A stretch of 63,792 bases of DNA, filler included, from Octopus bimaculoides (GCF_001194135.2; 5 parts of 4 records of this genome joined end to end with filler, not necessarily neighbours in it), one strand, 5' to 3'; shown: positions 1 to 11,560, counted from the first letter of the whole stretch. A program made the numbers and translations. Notes: generated by a model not told the origin, from the sequence alone.

Positions 1-48
1 GCTAGCATGGAAAGCGGACATTAAACGATGATGATGATGATGATGATG
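1..48 (+). mobile_element. 3' end of RTE-tailed SINE-like module (family C)
   Basis: GCATGGAAAGCGGACATTAAACGATGATGATG tail matches the ends of the copies at 6445, 14490 and 19905-20100. Confidence 0.65.
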
Positions 49-59
49 TTTGTCCCTAT

Positions 60-250
60 TAACAGGGGTGGTTGGATCTACCTCACTCTTACAGCAACCA
101 CTCTCACACCATCTCGCCATCTCAGCTGGTTTGGGGTATCCTCCCTCCTCAAGCCAAACCTTCCAATCTCCTCTTCCACCTGTTCCCTCCACAGAGATAC
201 AAGGCTACCCCAGTTGGAAAAATAGAGAAGATGGTGGTGAAGAAGTGTCA
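60..250 (-). mobile_element. RTE-clade LINE, C-terminal ORF remnant
   Basis: Minus frame gives WREQVEEEIGRFGLRREDTPNQLRWRDGVRVVAVRVR, resembling the RTE ORF C-terminus (W.EQVEE.....GL..ED..N..RWR.GVR). Confidence 0.6.
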
Positions 251-372
251 AGTTACAGAAAAGTGAATAAAAGAGAAGTAGTCCAAAGGAATTGAACTGG
301 GTAGAGTAAGAAATCCATAATCCCTCCCTTCCAATCAATCTCATTTTGTATGTTGATATTAACAAACTTTAC

Positions 373-497
373 CTGTAGAACTTCCCAACCTGGAAAGTGT
401 AGCAAGTCTGTAAGTTTTATAGATGTAAGGGTCTATAGAAGAAAGACCCAACCATTTAAATTCCTCTATAGATTCTGATTTCATTTTAAGTTGAACC
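373..497 (-). CDS. Candidate internal coding exon of an unidentified host gene
   Basis: Acceptor TTTCATATTTTTAG, donor CAG/GTAAAG, 125 nt; one frame is open: VQLKMKSESIEEFKWLGLSSIDPYIYKTYRLATLSRLGSST; non-repetitive sequence. Confidence 0.5.
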
Positions 498-1303
498 CTA
501 AAAATATGAAACTTAAAATTTCCAACATTAAGTGGATGCAGTAATGCATTGTTACAAAAGCAACTAAGATACACAAGGCAAATAAATTATCTCTCCTGAT
601 GTACAAGCCTAATACAATGTAAATCTGTTTTTGTGATCTAACATTGCAAATGTGACTATATTAATTTAAATTTTATATTTGTGCTGTTGTTTTGATTAAC
701 GGCATGATGTTAAAGTAGAAAGTTAACACAATAAAATATTTCCTATCTGTTTAAATATCCTGGTTTGCATTAAAGAGGACAGTATCTATAATATATTAGT
801 AATAATTTGATTCATTCAACTGATCTTATGAGAAAAATATTAATTAAACTCAATTATCATATGACAAGTTTTAACGTGCCAAACAAAGAGACAGACTGGC
901 AAGCTTATTAATTAACATGCTACAAAAATGAAGTCTGCCTGCTTACCATTGCCATTCAACTTCATTATGGTAATATGTTTAATTTAAAGTGTATTGTGTC
1001 TCAGAAATTTCCTGAGTATTGGATCAACCCTAAAGATTCAGTTATTCATAAAAACTGAAGGCGGTATAGTACTATAATAATAAAGCTTGTACGAAATAAT
1101 TCAGTAAGAATTGATAGCTTGCATGTACTTAGTGCAAAGCCCTTGATTATGCAGAGATTGTTGCATATGCTACTCTTGCTACGAAGTTAACTAACTTCTG
1201 TTTATATCCTTGAAAAAGCATAAATCCCCTGTTTTGTGTTTCTTCCTAAAACATGCAGTCTTTGTCATACCTTATTGTCTTAGAAGAAAAGATAAACAAA
1301 CCA

Positions 1304-1680
1304 GTAGTGGCTGTGTGGTAAGTAGCTTGCTTACCAACCACATGGTTCTGGGTTCAGTCCCACAGCGTGGCACCTTGGGCAAGTGTCTTCTACTATAGCC
1401 TCGGGCCGACCAAAACCTTCTGAGTGGATTTGGTAGACGGAAATTGAAAGAAGCCCGTCGTATATATGTATATANNNNNNNNNNCCCCCACCATCGCTTG
1501 ACAACTGATGCTGGTGTGTTTACATCCCCGTAACTTAGTGGTTCAGCAAAAAGAGACCGATAGAATAAGTACTAGGCTTACAAAGAATAAGTCCTGGAGT
1601 CGACTTTCTCGACTAAAGGCTGTGCTCCAGCATGGCCGCAGTCAAATGACTGAAACAAGTAAAAGAGAAAAGAGAAAGAG
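1304..1680 (+). mobile_element. tRNA-derived SINE family A (CORE-like segment, internal microsatellite)
   Basis: A-box TGGCTGTGTGGTAA, B-box GGTTCAGTCCC, GTGGCACCTTGGGCAAGTG segment, internal (TA)n/gap, 3' body shared with many copies in the window. Confidence 0.85.
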
Positions 1681-1722
1681 AGAGTTAATATACTCCTAGA
1701 CACACTGTTTGAAGCAAACATA

Positions 1723-2979
1723 TGAGGTGGTATCAAAAAGTTCCAGGACTAGTAATGCTTAATAGGGGCACTCCATCGGTTATGACGACGAGGGACCCAG
1801 CTGATACGATCAATAGAACAACCTGCTCATGAAATTAATGTGCAAGTGACTGAGCAATCCACAGACACATGTACTCCTAACGTAGTTCTCAGGGAGACTC
1901 AGCATGACACATAGCGTGACAAGGTAGGCCCTTTGAAATACACGTACTGCTCATTTTGGCCAGCTGAGTGGACTGGAGCACTAAAGTGAAATAAAGTGTC
2001 TTGCTCAAGGACACAACGAGTTGCTGGGAATTGAACTCATGACTTTACAATCGTGAGCTGAATGCCCTAACCACTAAGCCACGTGCCTTCACTAATGTTT
2101 AATAAAAGATAAGTTATTTACCTAAATTTTAACATCATCTGTGAAATATTCACCTTGTGCAGCAATACACCAGTCCCAGCATTCCTGCCACTTTTGGAGT
2201 TTGGCCTGAACATCATTTTCTGTAAGTGAGTCAAGAACCTTCTGTGATTTGCTCTGGATTTTGACAATGGTGTTAAAACAGCGACCTTTGAGCTGCAGTT
2301 TCATCTTGGAGTTAGAGACGAAAGTCCACAGGTGCTAAATCTGGTGAATAGGCTGGGTGCAGAAGTGATACCATGTTATTTTTGGTGAGAAACTCACAAA
2401 TGAGGTGAGTTTGGTGACAGAGTGCAATGTTGTGAAGAATCCAATTTTTTGTACCCAACAGATCTGGTCACTTTTGCTGAATGTCCTCCTTCAAATGCTT
2501 CAAAACATCACAGTAGCATTCTTGATTGATGGTCTGGCCCTGGGGGTTAAATTATTGATGCACAATATCACATTTCCAAGGGTGACGTTTGTGACAGGTC
2601 TTCTAGATTGCTCATTGTCTTCCAGGAACGTTCTTCCACTTTTGAAGCACCCATGCCACTTGAAATATTGTGTACGGCCCATTGCCTCATTACTGTAAGC
2701 TTGACAAAGCATGCTCAATGTCTCTGTAACAGATATCCCAAGTTTAAAGCAAAATTTCACATTGGCTTTTTGTTCCTGTCCATCATAAAATTGCAGACTA
2801 CAGCATACACATGAACAAAAAAAAATAAAAAAATTTCACAACTTGAAAAGTAAACATTAATGTCACACAGCACACTACCTCTTGAAGGTCACTGCCAGCT
2901 CTCACTGAGCACATGACCATCTGCTGCCATCTGTTGGTGCACTATGGAACTAACCCAAGAACTTTTTGATACCACTTTG
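1723..2979 (-). mobile_element. Mariner transposon, internally deleted, with TIRs and TA TSD
   Basis: 30-bp TIRs (1723-1752 and 2950-2979, core GTGGTATCAAAAAGTTC) flanked by TA; minus frames give KFCFKLGISVTETLSMLCQAYSNEAMGRTQYFKWH, HPAYSPDLAP and KLQLKGRCFNTI...WDWCIAAQGEYF. Confidence 0.9.
1765..2092 (-). mobile_element. tRNA-derived SINE (head B + tail X) nested in the mariner
   Basis: Minus-strand head GTGGCTTAGTGGTTAGGG...GAGTTCAATTCC, TTGTGTCCTTGAGCAAGACACT segment; 12-bp TSD TAATG(C/T)TTAATA at 1753-1764 and 2093-2104. Confidence 0.85.
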
Positions 2980-4094
2980 TAAGCTGGTCATAGAATGATC
3001 TTGCTAATTACTCTGCTGGATCAGAGCTAAAGTTGGTCTAAGCAACAACAGCAACAACAGAGACAGCCTTTTTCAATCAGAGTTTCTTTGGACAGCAATA
3101 GTCTCCTGAAGAACTGTGACATCAATGCAGTTTCAATTCTAGCTTGATCCATTCCACTTCACATCCATTGCTAATGTTTCATTGACAAGATATATGTAAA
3201 TTGCAGCATGCCATTTCCCTATTCAGAAACATTTAGGTCTTGTGTCTGAGTTAAGGGGATGACTCTTGTAATTAACAAAGAGAAGCCACTTTGAGGACTT
3301 CAACAAGGAATATCCAAAATTGACCACACTATTTGGGAACTAGTGACTGTTGTTCTTGTTGCTTAGTCCCAGATTTGCCTGGTTGAGCAGATATATGATT
3401 TAAGACATTCTAACCATGACCATTCCATCTTTTCCAGAATCTCATTGTTAAAATTTTTCAATTTCAAAGGTGGTAAGGTCTGATTTGCGGGAGATTTTTG
3501 ACTGCTATTTCTAGCAGGTTTAGTGACTACATAAAGAGCCCTTTATTGGCTCAGAAACTAGTGGAAGTGTTTGTGCCTGCAAAGATTATTTAGTGATTCA
3601 TATAACTTCATATCTTGGCATGGGGTGAGGCAAGGATTTGGACATTTAAAAAAAAAACCCTTCTTCATGGAGTGGATACTCTTCCCTACATTAAAGAGAT
3701 TTGCTTGAAACATCAAGATTCTTCTTTTGAAGTTATTTTCTTTTACCTTTTATCTCTTCTCTTTTACACATTTCAATTATGGGGCTTCAGCCTTGCTGAA
3801 ACACTGCCTTGGAAGGTTTTAGTCAAACAAATCAAACCCATATTTATTTTAAAGTTTGGTACTTATTCTATTGGTCACTTTTGCCGAACCACTATGCTAT
3901 CAGGATGTTAACAAACCAACACCAGTTGTCAAATGGTGGCGATGGTAGTGAGAACACAAACACAGGCATAAACACACACACACACACACTCATATGTGGC
4001 CTGATCAATAAGTATCCGGATTGTTGCCATAATAACAAAGCTAAAGCATGTAGCGTAAAGCTCTTTGGCACAGATTTATCATTATGATAAACAG

Positions 4095-4340
4095 ATCACC
4101 ACAAAGATAAGTATTGTCATCATTGTTTTAACGTCCACATTTCCAGGCTTGCATGAGTTAGAAGGAGTTTACTGAGGCTGATTTTCTGCAGACAGATGCC
4201 CTTTCTGCTATCAAACTGGTTCCAAGCAAGTTAATAATTTCCCCATGGTCAGATATGCTCTCACAGAATACTGGAGATGAATGACACTGCTTGTATGACA
4301 ATGACACTCATTTACAGCTATCATGCAATATAAAAACAAG
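4095..4340 (-). mobile_element. RTE-tailed SINE-like module (family C-related), nested
   Basis: CATCATTGTTTTTAACGTCCACATTTCCAGGCTTGCATG start matches the reverse complement of the family C tail. Confidence 0.5.
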
Positions 4341-4374
4341 CAAACACTAAAATACATGCACTTATACTCGTGCA

Positions 4375-4375
4375 T

Positions 4376-4459
<84 letters not shown>

Positions 4460-4562
4460 ACACTCACTCACACACACACACTCACACATACATGCATATA
4501 TACACTCACTAACACACATACACTCACACACATACACTCACACTTACATTCACACACATACA
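4375..4562. repeat. (CA)n microsatellite decaying into a variant CA-rich tract
   Basis: Direct reading. Confidence 0.95.
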
Positions 4563-5325
4563 TGCTCACACATGATGGGCTACTTACAGTTTCCATCTAC
4601 CAAGCTCACTCACAAGGCTTTGATTGGCCCAGGTTTGCAGTATAAGACACTTGCCTAAGGTGCCACAGGGTAGGACTGAACTTGTAACCATGTTGTTGGG
4701 AAGCAAACTTCATAACTACAGAGCCACATATGTGCCTTAGCTGCACCTACCACCACACAAACATAATTTTACATATACACTATGAAAGTGTTTACTTCAT
4801 ACGCATAGATAACATTATATACAGACTATGAATACAAAATTCTCTCATGAGCTCAGACATGGTACCGCATACACACTATAAGTAATACATGTGTCCATAC
4901 ACATTATACACATAACTGCAGATGCAATCTCAAACACACAGATATAATCTTGTCAAAATTATTGTTTAAAACATTTATTCACTGTCAGTTTTCGTAAACA
5001 TTTGAACTATGACATATTGTAGTAATTGCATGTATAAGAGCTTTTTTTTTTCCTTTGAAACATGAACTGGTATATTTCTACAATATAGTTCTTTCCTATC
5101 TTTTATTCCCTGCTGAGTGTTATCATGCTTGAATTATGTTTTACTGAACATATTCAACTGCACACATTCTGTTATATTTTAATGTAGTTTGCATAACTTT
5201 GTGTTTGCTGCTGGTCATCTTGTGTGATTAACATAATATTACTTGGAGCAATAAACTGGTCATCATGGTCTTCATCAGAGACTTTGCTTTTCTTCTGTTT
5301 GTTCCTGGTTGTAAAGAAATAAATT

Positions 5326-6129
5326 TCATGGCCATCCTGCCCTTTCTACCAACTTCATCCTCATTCCTCATAAGGTTCAGTCCTTGTTGTGATGTAGTTA
5401 CTTGCGTGTCCCAAAGACCTTGAGAAATAAGCTAGGGGAGTACAAGCTCCTAGTAAGACCTCTCATGCTACACAGATCAAAGGACAGAGACCAGGCTAAT
5501 ATGGACACCAGATGTTTCATTTCATTTCATTTTTATGTCCACATTTGTATGTATTTAGATTTGCTGTGAAATTAGGCCCACAAGGGCTTTTAGGTAATCT
5601 GGAATAAGTATCCTATTTATTTAAGCCTTTTGCTCCCTATGGAGAATAAGCCATCAATGACTTTTCTCTGCTGTTCTTGACTCTGGATTACCTTTTCTGC
5701 TTTTCTCCATTTGGACCCCTGTTTTTTCAGCTCTGCCTCAGCATCCCACCTCCAGGTACTTTTAGAGTGTCCTCTTTTCTACCTCTCTTGTAGATTTCAG
5801 GTTATATGTTTCCCTGAGAGAAGGCTTTCCTCCCATCAGGTCCTGTTGGTTTTTATTTGCCATCAATGCTTCTCTAGTTTTTGCTTCTATTCTTGGAGGG
5901 GTGATGATCCTACACAAATTCATTTCTAGCTCTGGGAAGAGGCTGTCCATATTAGCCTGGTCTCTGTCCTTTGATCTGTGTAGCACGAGAGGCCTTAATA
6001 GGAGCTTGTACTTCCCTAGCTTAGTTCTCAGGATCTTTGGGGCACATAAGTCACCACATCACAACAAGGACTGAACCTTATGGTGGGGAATGAGGATCAA
6101 GCGAGTAAAAAAAGGTAGGATGGCCATGA
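5326..6129. repeat. Long inverted repeat (about 185-bp arms, 436-bp spacer) made of RTE 5'UTR-like sequence
   Basis: 5326-5507 is the reverse complement of 5944-6129 at roughly 85% identity by eye, including an exact CTACACAGATCAAAGGACAGAGACCAGGCTAATATGGACA block. Confidence 0.9.
5595..6129 (-). mobile_element. Non-autonomous RTE derivative (5'UTR-like segment fused to the 3' coding end)
   Basis: Minus frames give TWRWDAEAELKK and AEKVIQSQEQQRKVIDGLFSIGSKRLK-stop followed by a TAAA-rich tail; the upstream part resembles RTE/Expander 5'UTRs. Confidence 0.55.
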
Positions 6130-6150
6130 GTGGAATCTGAGGCAGCAAAC

Positions 6151-6378
6151 TCACCCATTTAGCATCAGATTATTACTGTCAAAAGTAAAGCTTATTTATT
6201 CATATTGTTTTGAGTTAATCATGCATTATCTCATAACTTTGAGATTTTTATGAGGTGGCTGCTAATTTTTAGAATGATATTGTAGGATTGGGGTGAAGGG
6301 CCAGATCAGGCCAGTTTGAACATAAAACAGGTAGAATACATTTGCTGGATGTGGCTGGTTTAAATGCTGAAAGGTTAA
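6151..6378. mobile_element. TTAA-flanked MITE (piggyBac-like termini)
   Basis: Termini CACCCATTTAGCAT / ATGCTGAAAGGTTAA; inverted copy at 12093-12321. Confidence 0.6.
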
Positions 6379-6444
6379 CAAGTGTATGTGTATAGCATCG
6401 GTTTGGTAGGTGAGAATGCACTCCCATCAAAGATGGTAAATTTT

Positions 6445-6612
6445 CACCACCACCACCATCATTTTCCATGCTGGCATGGGTTGTATGGTTTGACAAGAGC
6501 TGACAATGTCGAAAGACTGCACCAAGCTATATTGTCTGCTTTGCCACGGTTCCTATGGCTGGATGCCCTTCCTAACACCAACTACTTTACAGAGTGTACT
6601 GGGTGCTTTTTT
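6445..6612 (-). mobile_element. Family C module, partial
   Basis: CATCATTTTCCATGCTGGCATGGGTTG...GGCTGGATGCCCTTCCTAACACCAAC, matching 14490 and 19905 copies. Confidence 0.75.
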
Positions 6613-7084
6613 TTATTTCTTTACAATTATTCAGTTCTTGGAGAATTGCAATCTATTCTGATGGTAATTTGTTTTCAAATCAAATAATACACACAAATCA
6701 AGAAAGATTAAGTCAAGCTGAAGTCAAATTATATACAGAAATAGCTTAAAGTTTGTATGCTTGTATGTATGTCAGAAAAATAGATTTGATAGATTCAACA
6801 TTATAGCACACCCTGTGACAGTAACCAACATACACCACTAACAAACTCAATATTAACAATAATATAATAAAAAAAACAACAACTTTGTGTAAAACAAATA
6901 GTTATATCAGGAAAATATAGCAAAGAATATGATCATAGGCTTAGAGCAAATTGGGTTAATGTTGAAAAAGAAGTCAACAATGTTTGAAGTCAAAATACAG
7001 ACGATGGTGAGTTATTTAGTGGAGTTATTAAAAGATGTGTCATTTTAATGGGTATTTTGTTCAGACATCTAATATAGTGTTTGT

Positions 7085-7410
7085 GTGAGTATGTTTGTGT
7101 GTATGTGTATGTGTGTGTATGTGTATGTGTGTGTGTATGCATAAAATTTGTGGACTATTGAATTTTCTTGAATGTTGGTGTGACTTCTTCAGTTTGATCT
7201 ATTTGATAAAATTGTTCTTCAATTTGACACATTTGATGTAAATTGTTCACCAAAGACGTTGCGAATCAAGTTAAACATTGTTATCTTAAACATCTCTCTC
7301 TGTCTTTCTCTCTCTCTCTTCCTCTCTCTCTCTCTCTTTTCTCTCCCTCTCTCTCTCTATCTATCGGTCTATCTATTTATTTATTTATCAATCCATCTGT
7401 CTGTCTATAT
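7085..7410. repeat. Compound GT/ATGT, (CT)n and TATC/TGTC simple repeats
   Basis: Direct reading at 7085-7140 and 7290-7410. Confidence 0.8.
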
Positions 7411-7439
7411 GTATGTTTACATTTTTCATTTTTTTAATC

Positions 7440-7590
7440 TTTTACTCGTTTCATTCATTAGACCGTGGAACCACCTTGAAGAATTTTAGTTGCACGAATT
7501 GACCCCAATATTTTTTTAAAACTTGGTACTTAATTTATTGGTCTCTTTTGCTGAACTGCTAAGTTATTGAGATGTAAACAAAACAAAAAT
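7440..7590 (-). mobile_element. Family A SINE 3' body, degenerate
   Basis: TTTTACTCGTTTCATTCATTAGAC...GGTACTTAATTTATTGGTCTCTTTTGCTGAACTGCTAAGTT matches family A. Confidence 0.6.
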
Positions 7591-7605
7591 ACATTTATCT
7601 GTCTA

Positions 7606-7640
<35 letters not shown>

Positions 7641-8790
7641 AGGACTAGTGGAGGGGAGGTCTGACGACACTCTCGGGGCAAACCTGGGTGTCGACGAGAA
7701 ATTTCTAACCCGCCTTTTCAAGACGACGTTCGGGCCGGGGCCTATGGATAATTTCCAGAGATCCCTGGCTTGGCAATGCTATCGAGACGCACTACCAGTT
7801 CGAGAGAAGATCTACAGACACGGTTCGAAAACTACCGGACCAACCTGCCCGAGATGCGGTCAGAGCGACGAAACCGTTCTGCACACACTCGTGCAGTGTC
7901 CAGATATTTCAGAGCTGTGGACCTTCGTCGAACGGCTGTTGTCGCGTGTGGGACNNNNNNNNNNNNNNNNNNNNNNNNNNNNNNNNNNNNNNNNNNNNNN
8001 NNNNNNNNNNNNNNNNNNNNNNNNNNNNNNNNNNNNNNNNNNNNNNNNNNNNNNNNNNNNNNNNNNNNNNNNNNNNNNNNNNNNNNNNNNNNNNNNNNNN
8101 NNNNNNNNNNNNNNNNNNNNNNNNNNNNNNNNNNNNNNNNNNNNNNNNNNNNNNNNNNNNNNNNNNNNNNNNNNNNNNNNNNNNNNNNNNNNNNNNNNNN
8201 NNNNNNNNNNNNNNNNNNNNNNNNNNNNNNNNNNNNNNNNNNNNNNNNNNNNNNNNNNNNNNNNNNNNNNNNNNNNNNNNNNNNNNNNNNNNNNNNNNNN
8301 NNNNNNNNNNNNNNNNNNNNNNNNNNNNNNNNNNNNNNNNNNNNNNNNNNNNNNNNNNNNNNNNNNNNNNNNNNNNNNNNNNNNNNNNNNNNNNNNNNNN
8401 NNNNNNNNNNNNNNNNNNNNNNNNNNNNNNNNNNNNNNNNNNNNNNNNNNNNNNNNNNNNNNNNNNNNNNNNNNNNNNNNNNNNNNNNNNNNNNNNNNNN
8501 NNNNNNNNNNNNNNNNNNNNNNNNNNNNNNNNNNNNNNNNNNNNNNNNNNNNNNNNNNNNNNNNNNNNNNNNNNNNNNNNNNNNNNNNNNNNNNNNNNNN
8601 NNNNNNNNNNNNNNNNNNNNNNNNNNNNNNNNNNNNNNNNNNNNNNNNNNNNNNNNNNNNNNNNNNNNNNNNNNNNNNNNNNNNNNNNNNNNNNNNNNNN
8701 NNNNNNNNNNNNNNNNNNNNNNNNNNNNNNNNNNNNNNNNNNNNNNNNNNCATTTTCTGTATCTAGCCCTGTGTGGTTATAATAAAAAGA
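7641..8790 (+). mobile_element. 5'-truncated L1/Tx1-clade LINE (ORF2 C-terminal zinc-binding region), middle in N gap
   Basis: GC-rich open frame LAWQCYRDALPVREK...CPRCGQSDETVLHTLVQCP is a C-x2-C...H...C motif typical of the L1/Tx1 zf-RVT region; after the gap 8751-8790 ends GCCCTGTGTGGTTATAATAAAAAGA. Linkage across the gap is inferred. Confidence 0.75.
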
Positions 8791-8812
8791 TATCTATCTA
8801 TCTATCTATCTA

Positions 8813-8905
<93 letters not shown>

Positions 8906-8916
8906 ATATATATATA
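8791..8916. repeat. (TATC)n(TGTC)n(TATC)n(TA)n compound microsatellite
   Basis: Direct reading. Confidence 0.95.
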
Positions 8917-9300
8917 TATTGTGTCATCTAATAAATAATGCAGTTTTTTATACTTCATTTATTTTTCAAAATTAAGATAAACAAAGTTCTTTTTTAATCT
9001 AAAATATACTCTCCTTCATTTTTTACAATGTTCTTCCATCTATCAAAGACCCCTCTTCCAAAATTCACTTGTACTGTTCTCTTCCAGTACTCTTCTCACT
9101 TCATCCACAGAATTCATATTTTTCCCGTCCAAATTATTTTGAAGACTGTGGAATAAATGATAATCAGATGGGGCAATTTCCAGTGAATATGGTGGGTGCG
9201 ACATCGTTTCCCATTCAAATTGTTCCAGCCTTTGGAATGTCATCCTCACTGTATGTGGTCAAGCATTATCCTGATGGAAGAACACCTTTCATCATGAAAC
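8917..9300 (-). mobile_element. Mariner transposase 3' remnant with one terminal repeat
   Basis: Minus frames FHQDNA-PH, HPPYSLEIAPSDYHLFHSLQNNLDGK, EFWKRGL, RWKNIVKNEGEYI; TIR-like TATTGTGTCATCTAATAAATAATGCAGTTTTT begins in a (TA)n tract. Confidence 0.85.
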
Positions 9301-9849
9301 CAAAAGATGTAAGGGAATATGTTGCTACAAAAAACAGAAAAAAGCATATTTTGTAATTTTGATAAGAATCTTAAATTTAGATTAATATTAGATTATATTG
9401 ACTGTGGTATTTGTTATGTTTTATGTCTTTATTCTATGAGGCATCATGCATGTATATAACGTTTCCCTAATTTTCAACCCTCATAACTCTAAAAGTATAA
9501 GGCATGGCCTGGAAAATATTTGTTCACACCAATGACTTTGCGAATCAGAATTTGAAAAGTAGTGCTTAAATTTGTAAAGAAAATTGTGGTGATCGGCCAT
9601 GAAACAACCACATAGACAAAGATATTATTCACACCTCATTTCTAGTGGAAAGAGGGCTCACTATCAGACTCATTTTTAAGGACTCCACGTCACCATTCCA
9701 CCATTTGGGCTATCAGGGTCTCAAGGCTGGAGTTCGTTGCAAGGGCACAAAAATTCTTTGACCCTTGTTGAAAGTTACACTACTGTTGTTGGTTGTAAAG
9801 GGAGGCTCCCATAACATTTTAAGCTTCAAGGCCCTAATATTGTAGATCT

Positions 9850-10195
9850 GCCATTGCCCCTGAGGGACACCACTGGTGACTTTTGCTGGACTTCAGTGGA
9901 TTCCACCGATCACATGCTGTGTTCTTTTCTTCAGGAAATAATCCACTGTAGTAGGTTTCCGTGGAATCCGACATTTGACAATTTTGACAGTAGGATATTG
10001 TCTGTCGAACTCTTTACTGAAGCCAAGATATATGACATCAGAGTTCAAACCTGATCCCAAGGCTTTAAGGACATCATCAATGTAGTGTAAGAGGTGTGTT
10101 AGACAGTCCCTGCCACAACAAAAGCCATGCTGGTTTGAATTTAGGAGATGTTGCTCTCCAGGAAGCCAGGTATCCTTGATCTCACAACCCTTTCA
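9850..10195 (-). mobile_element. CR1/L2-type LINE reverse transcriptase fragment
   Basis: Minus frames FERVVRSRI..FLESN, LNSNQHGFCCGRDCLTHLLHYIDDVLKALGSGLNSDVIYLGFSKEFDR, and SGVPQG. Confidence 0.85.
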
Positions 10196-10638
10196 AATAT
10201 ATATGTATATGTATTGTATATGCGTATATATATGTATATATATATATATATATATATANNNNNNNNNNNNNNNNNNNNNNNNNNNNNNNNNNNNNNNNNN
10301 NNNNNNNNNNNNNNNNNNNNNNNNNNNNNNNNNNNNNNNNNNNNNNNNNNNNNNNNNNNNNNNNNNNNNNNNNNNNNNNNNNNNNNNNNNNNNNNNNNNN
10401 NNNNNNNNNNNNNNNNNNNNNNNNNNNNNNNNNNNNNNNNNNNNNNNNNNNNNNNNNNNNNNNNNNNNNNNNNNNNNNNNNNNNNNNNNNNNNNNNNNNN
10501 NNNNNNNNNNNNNNNNNNNNNNNNNNNNNNNNNNNNNNNNNNNNNNNNNNNNNNNNNNNNNNNNNNNNNNNNNNNNNNNNNNNNNNNNNNNNNNNNNNNN
10601 NNNNNNNNNNNNNNNNNNNNNNNNNNNNNNNNNNNNNN

Positions 10639-10685
<47 letters not shown>

Positions 10686-10782
10686 CATATATATATATAT
10701 ATATATTTATATTCAAGGCAAGCGAGTAAGTACACAGGTTTAGCCACATGCTGAAAGAAGATGCCAAATGGCTCTAAACTAC

Positions 10783-10811
10783 CTTGAATATGACAATAAA
10801 CACTTTCCAAA
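10783..10811 (-). CDS. Candidate 29-nt micro-exon
   Basis: Strong acceptor TTTTACGTTTATTTCTCCAAG, donor AAG/GTAGTT; in phase after the 13443-13504 candidate it reads (S)LESVYCHIQ. Confidence 0.25.
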
Positions 10812-11231
10812 CTTGGAGAAATAAACGTAAAAGATTCATGAAAAGGTTCAATTACATATCAATTTCAGGATTATGAGGAAATTCCTGTTTTCCATCATCA
10901 GTGTAATATAATACAATGCACATAAATACAAGCAATTATACATACTACAGGAACACAGCACAAACACAATATGTATGCATATTGGAATGAGATGATTGGG
11001 CACAGCCATTTAGATGCTGGTGATTTGGTATAGCTGACTGGAAATTGAACTTGTTTTAGTGACAGCATGTTTTGGTACTGGAGGCAAATACACACATGCA
11101 CCCAGAAATACTCACATACAGAGAGAGAGAGAGAGAGAGAGAGATACCAAATAGGCAGCACCAAAACAGCAGAGCCAAAACATTTCATACCTCATATATA
11201 CTTGCCCCTAGATGTTAAGAATATTTCAGGA

Positions 11232-11560
11232 TATTTGTTGTTGTTGGCACTCCATCGCTTACGACGTCGAGGGTTCCAGTTGATCCGATCAACGGAACAG
11301 CCTGCTCATGAAATTAATGTGCAAGTGGCTGAGCACTCCACAGACACGTGTACCCTTAACGTAGTTCTCGGGGATATTCAGCGTGACACAGACTGACAAG
11401 GCTGACCCTTTGAATTATAGGCACAACAGAAACAGGAAGTAAGAGTGAGAGAAAGTTGATGGTGAAAGAGTACAGCACGGTTCGCCACCATCCCCTGCCG
11501 GAGCCTCGCGGAGCTTTAGGCGAGTCCACTGCCCTAACCACTGGGCCATTGCGCCTCCAC
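11232..11560 (-). mobile_element. tRNA-derived SINE (head E + tail X) with internal deletion of the B-box region
   Basis: Near-identical to 26674-27088 but lacks about 70 bp between GGAGCTTTAGG and CGAGTCCACTGCC; (CAA)n tail. Confidence 0.85.

Larger units (their letters stand above)
3785..4728 (-). mobile_element. Old family A SINE split by a family C insertion and an expanded (CA)n
   Basis: 3' body at 3785-3990 and head at 4560-4728, both minus; intervening 4095-4340 family C module and 4375-4560 CA repeat. Confidence 0.65.

Noticed and set aside
4211-4658. HT/CV/YI-repeat ORFs here and throughout
   Set aside because: Translations of (CA)n, (GT)n and (TA)n microsatellites
7955-8750. Long ORFs in the supplied track spanning N runs (also 10.2-10.7, 17.4-17.8, 21.8-22.1, 33.9-34.7, 37.5-37.8, 42.2-42.5 and 57.1-58.0 kb)
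   Set aside because: Open only because N codons are not stops
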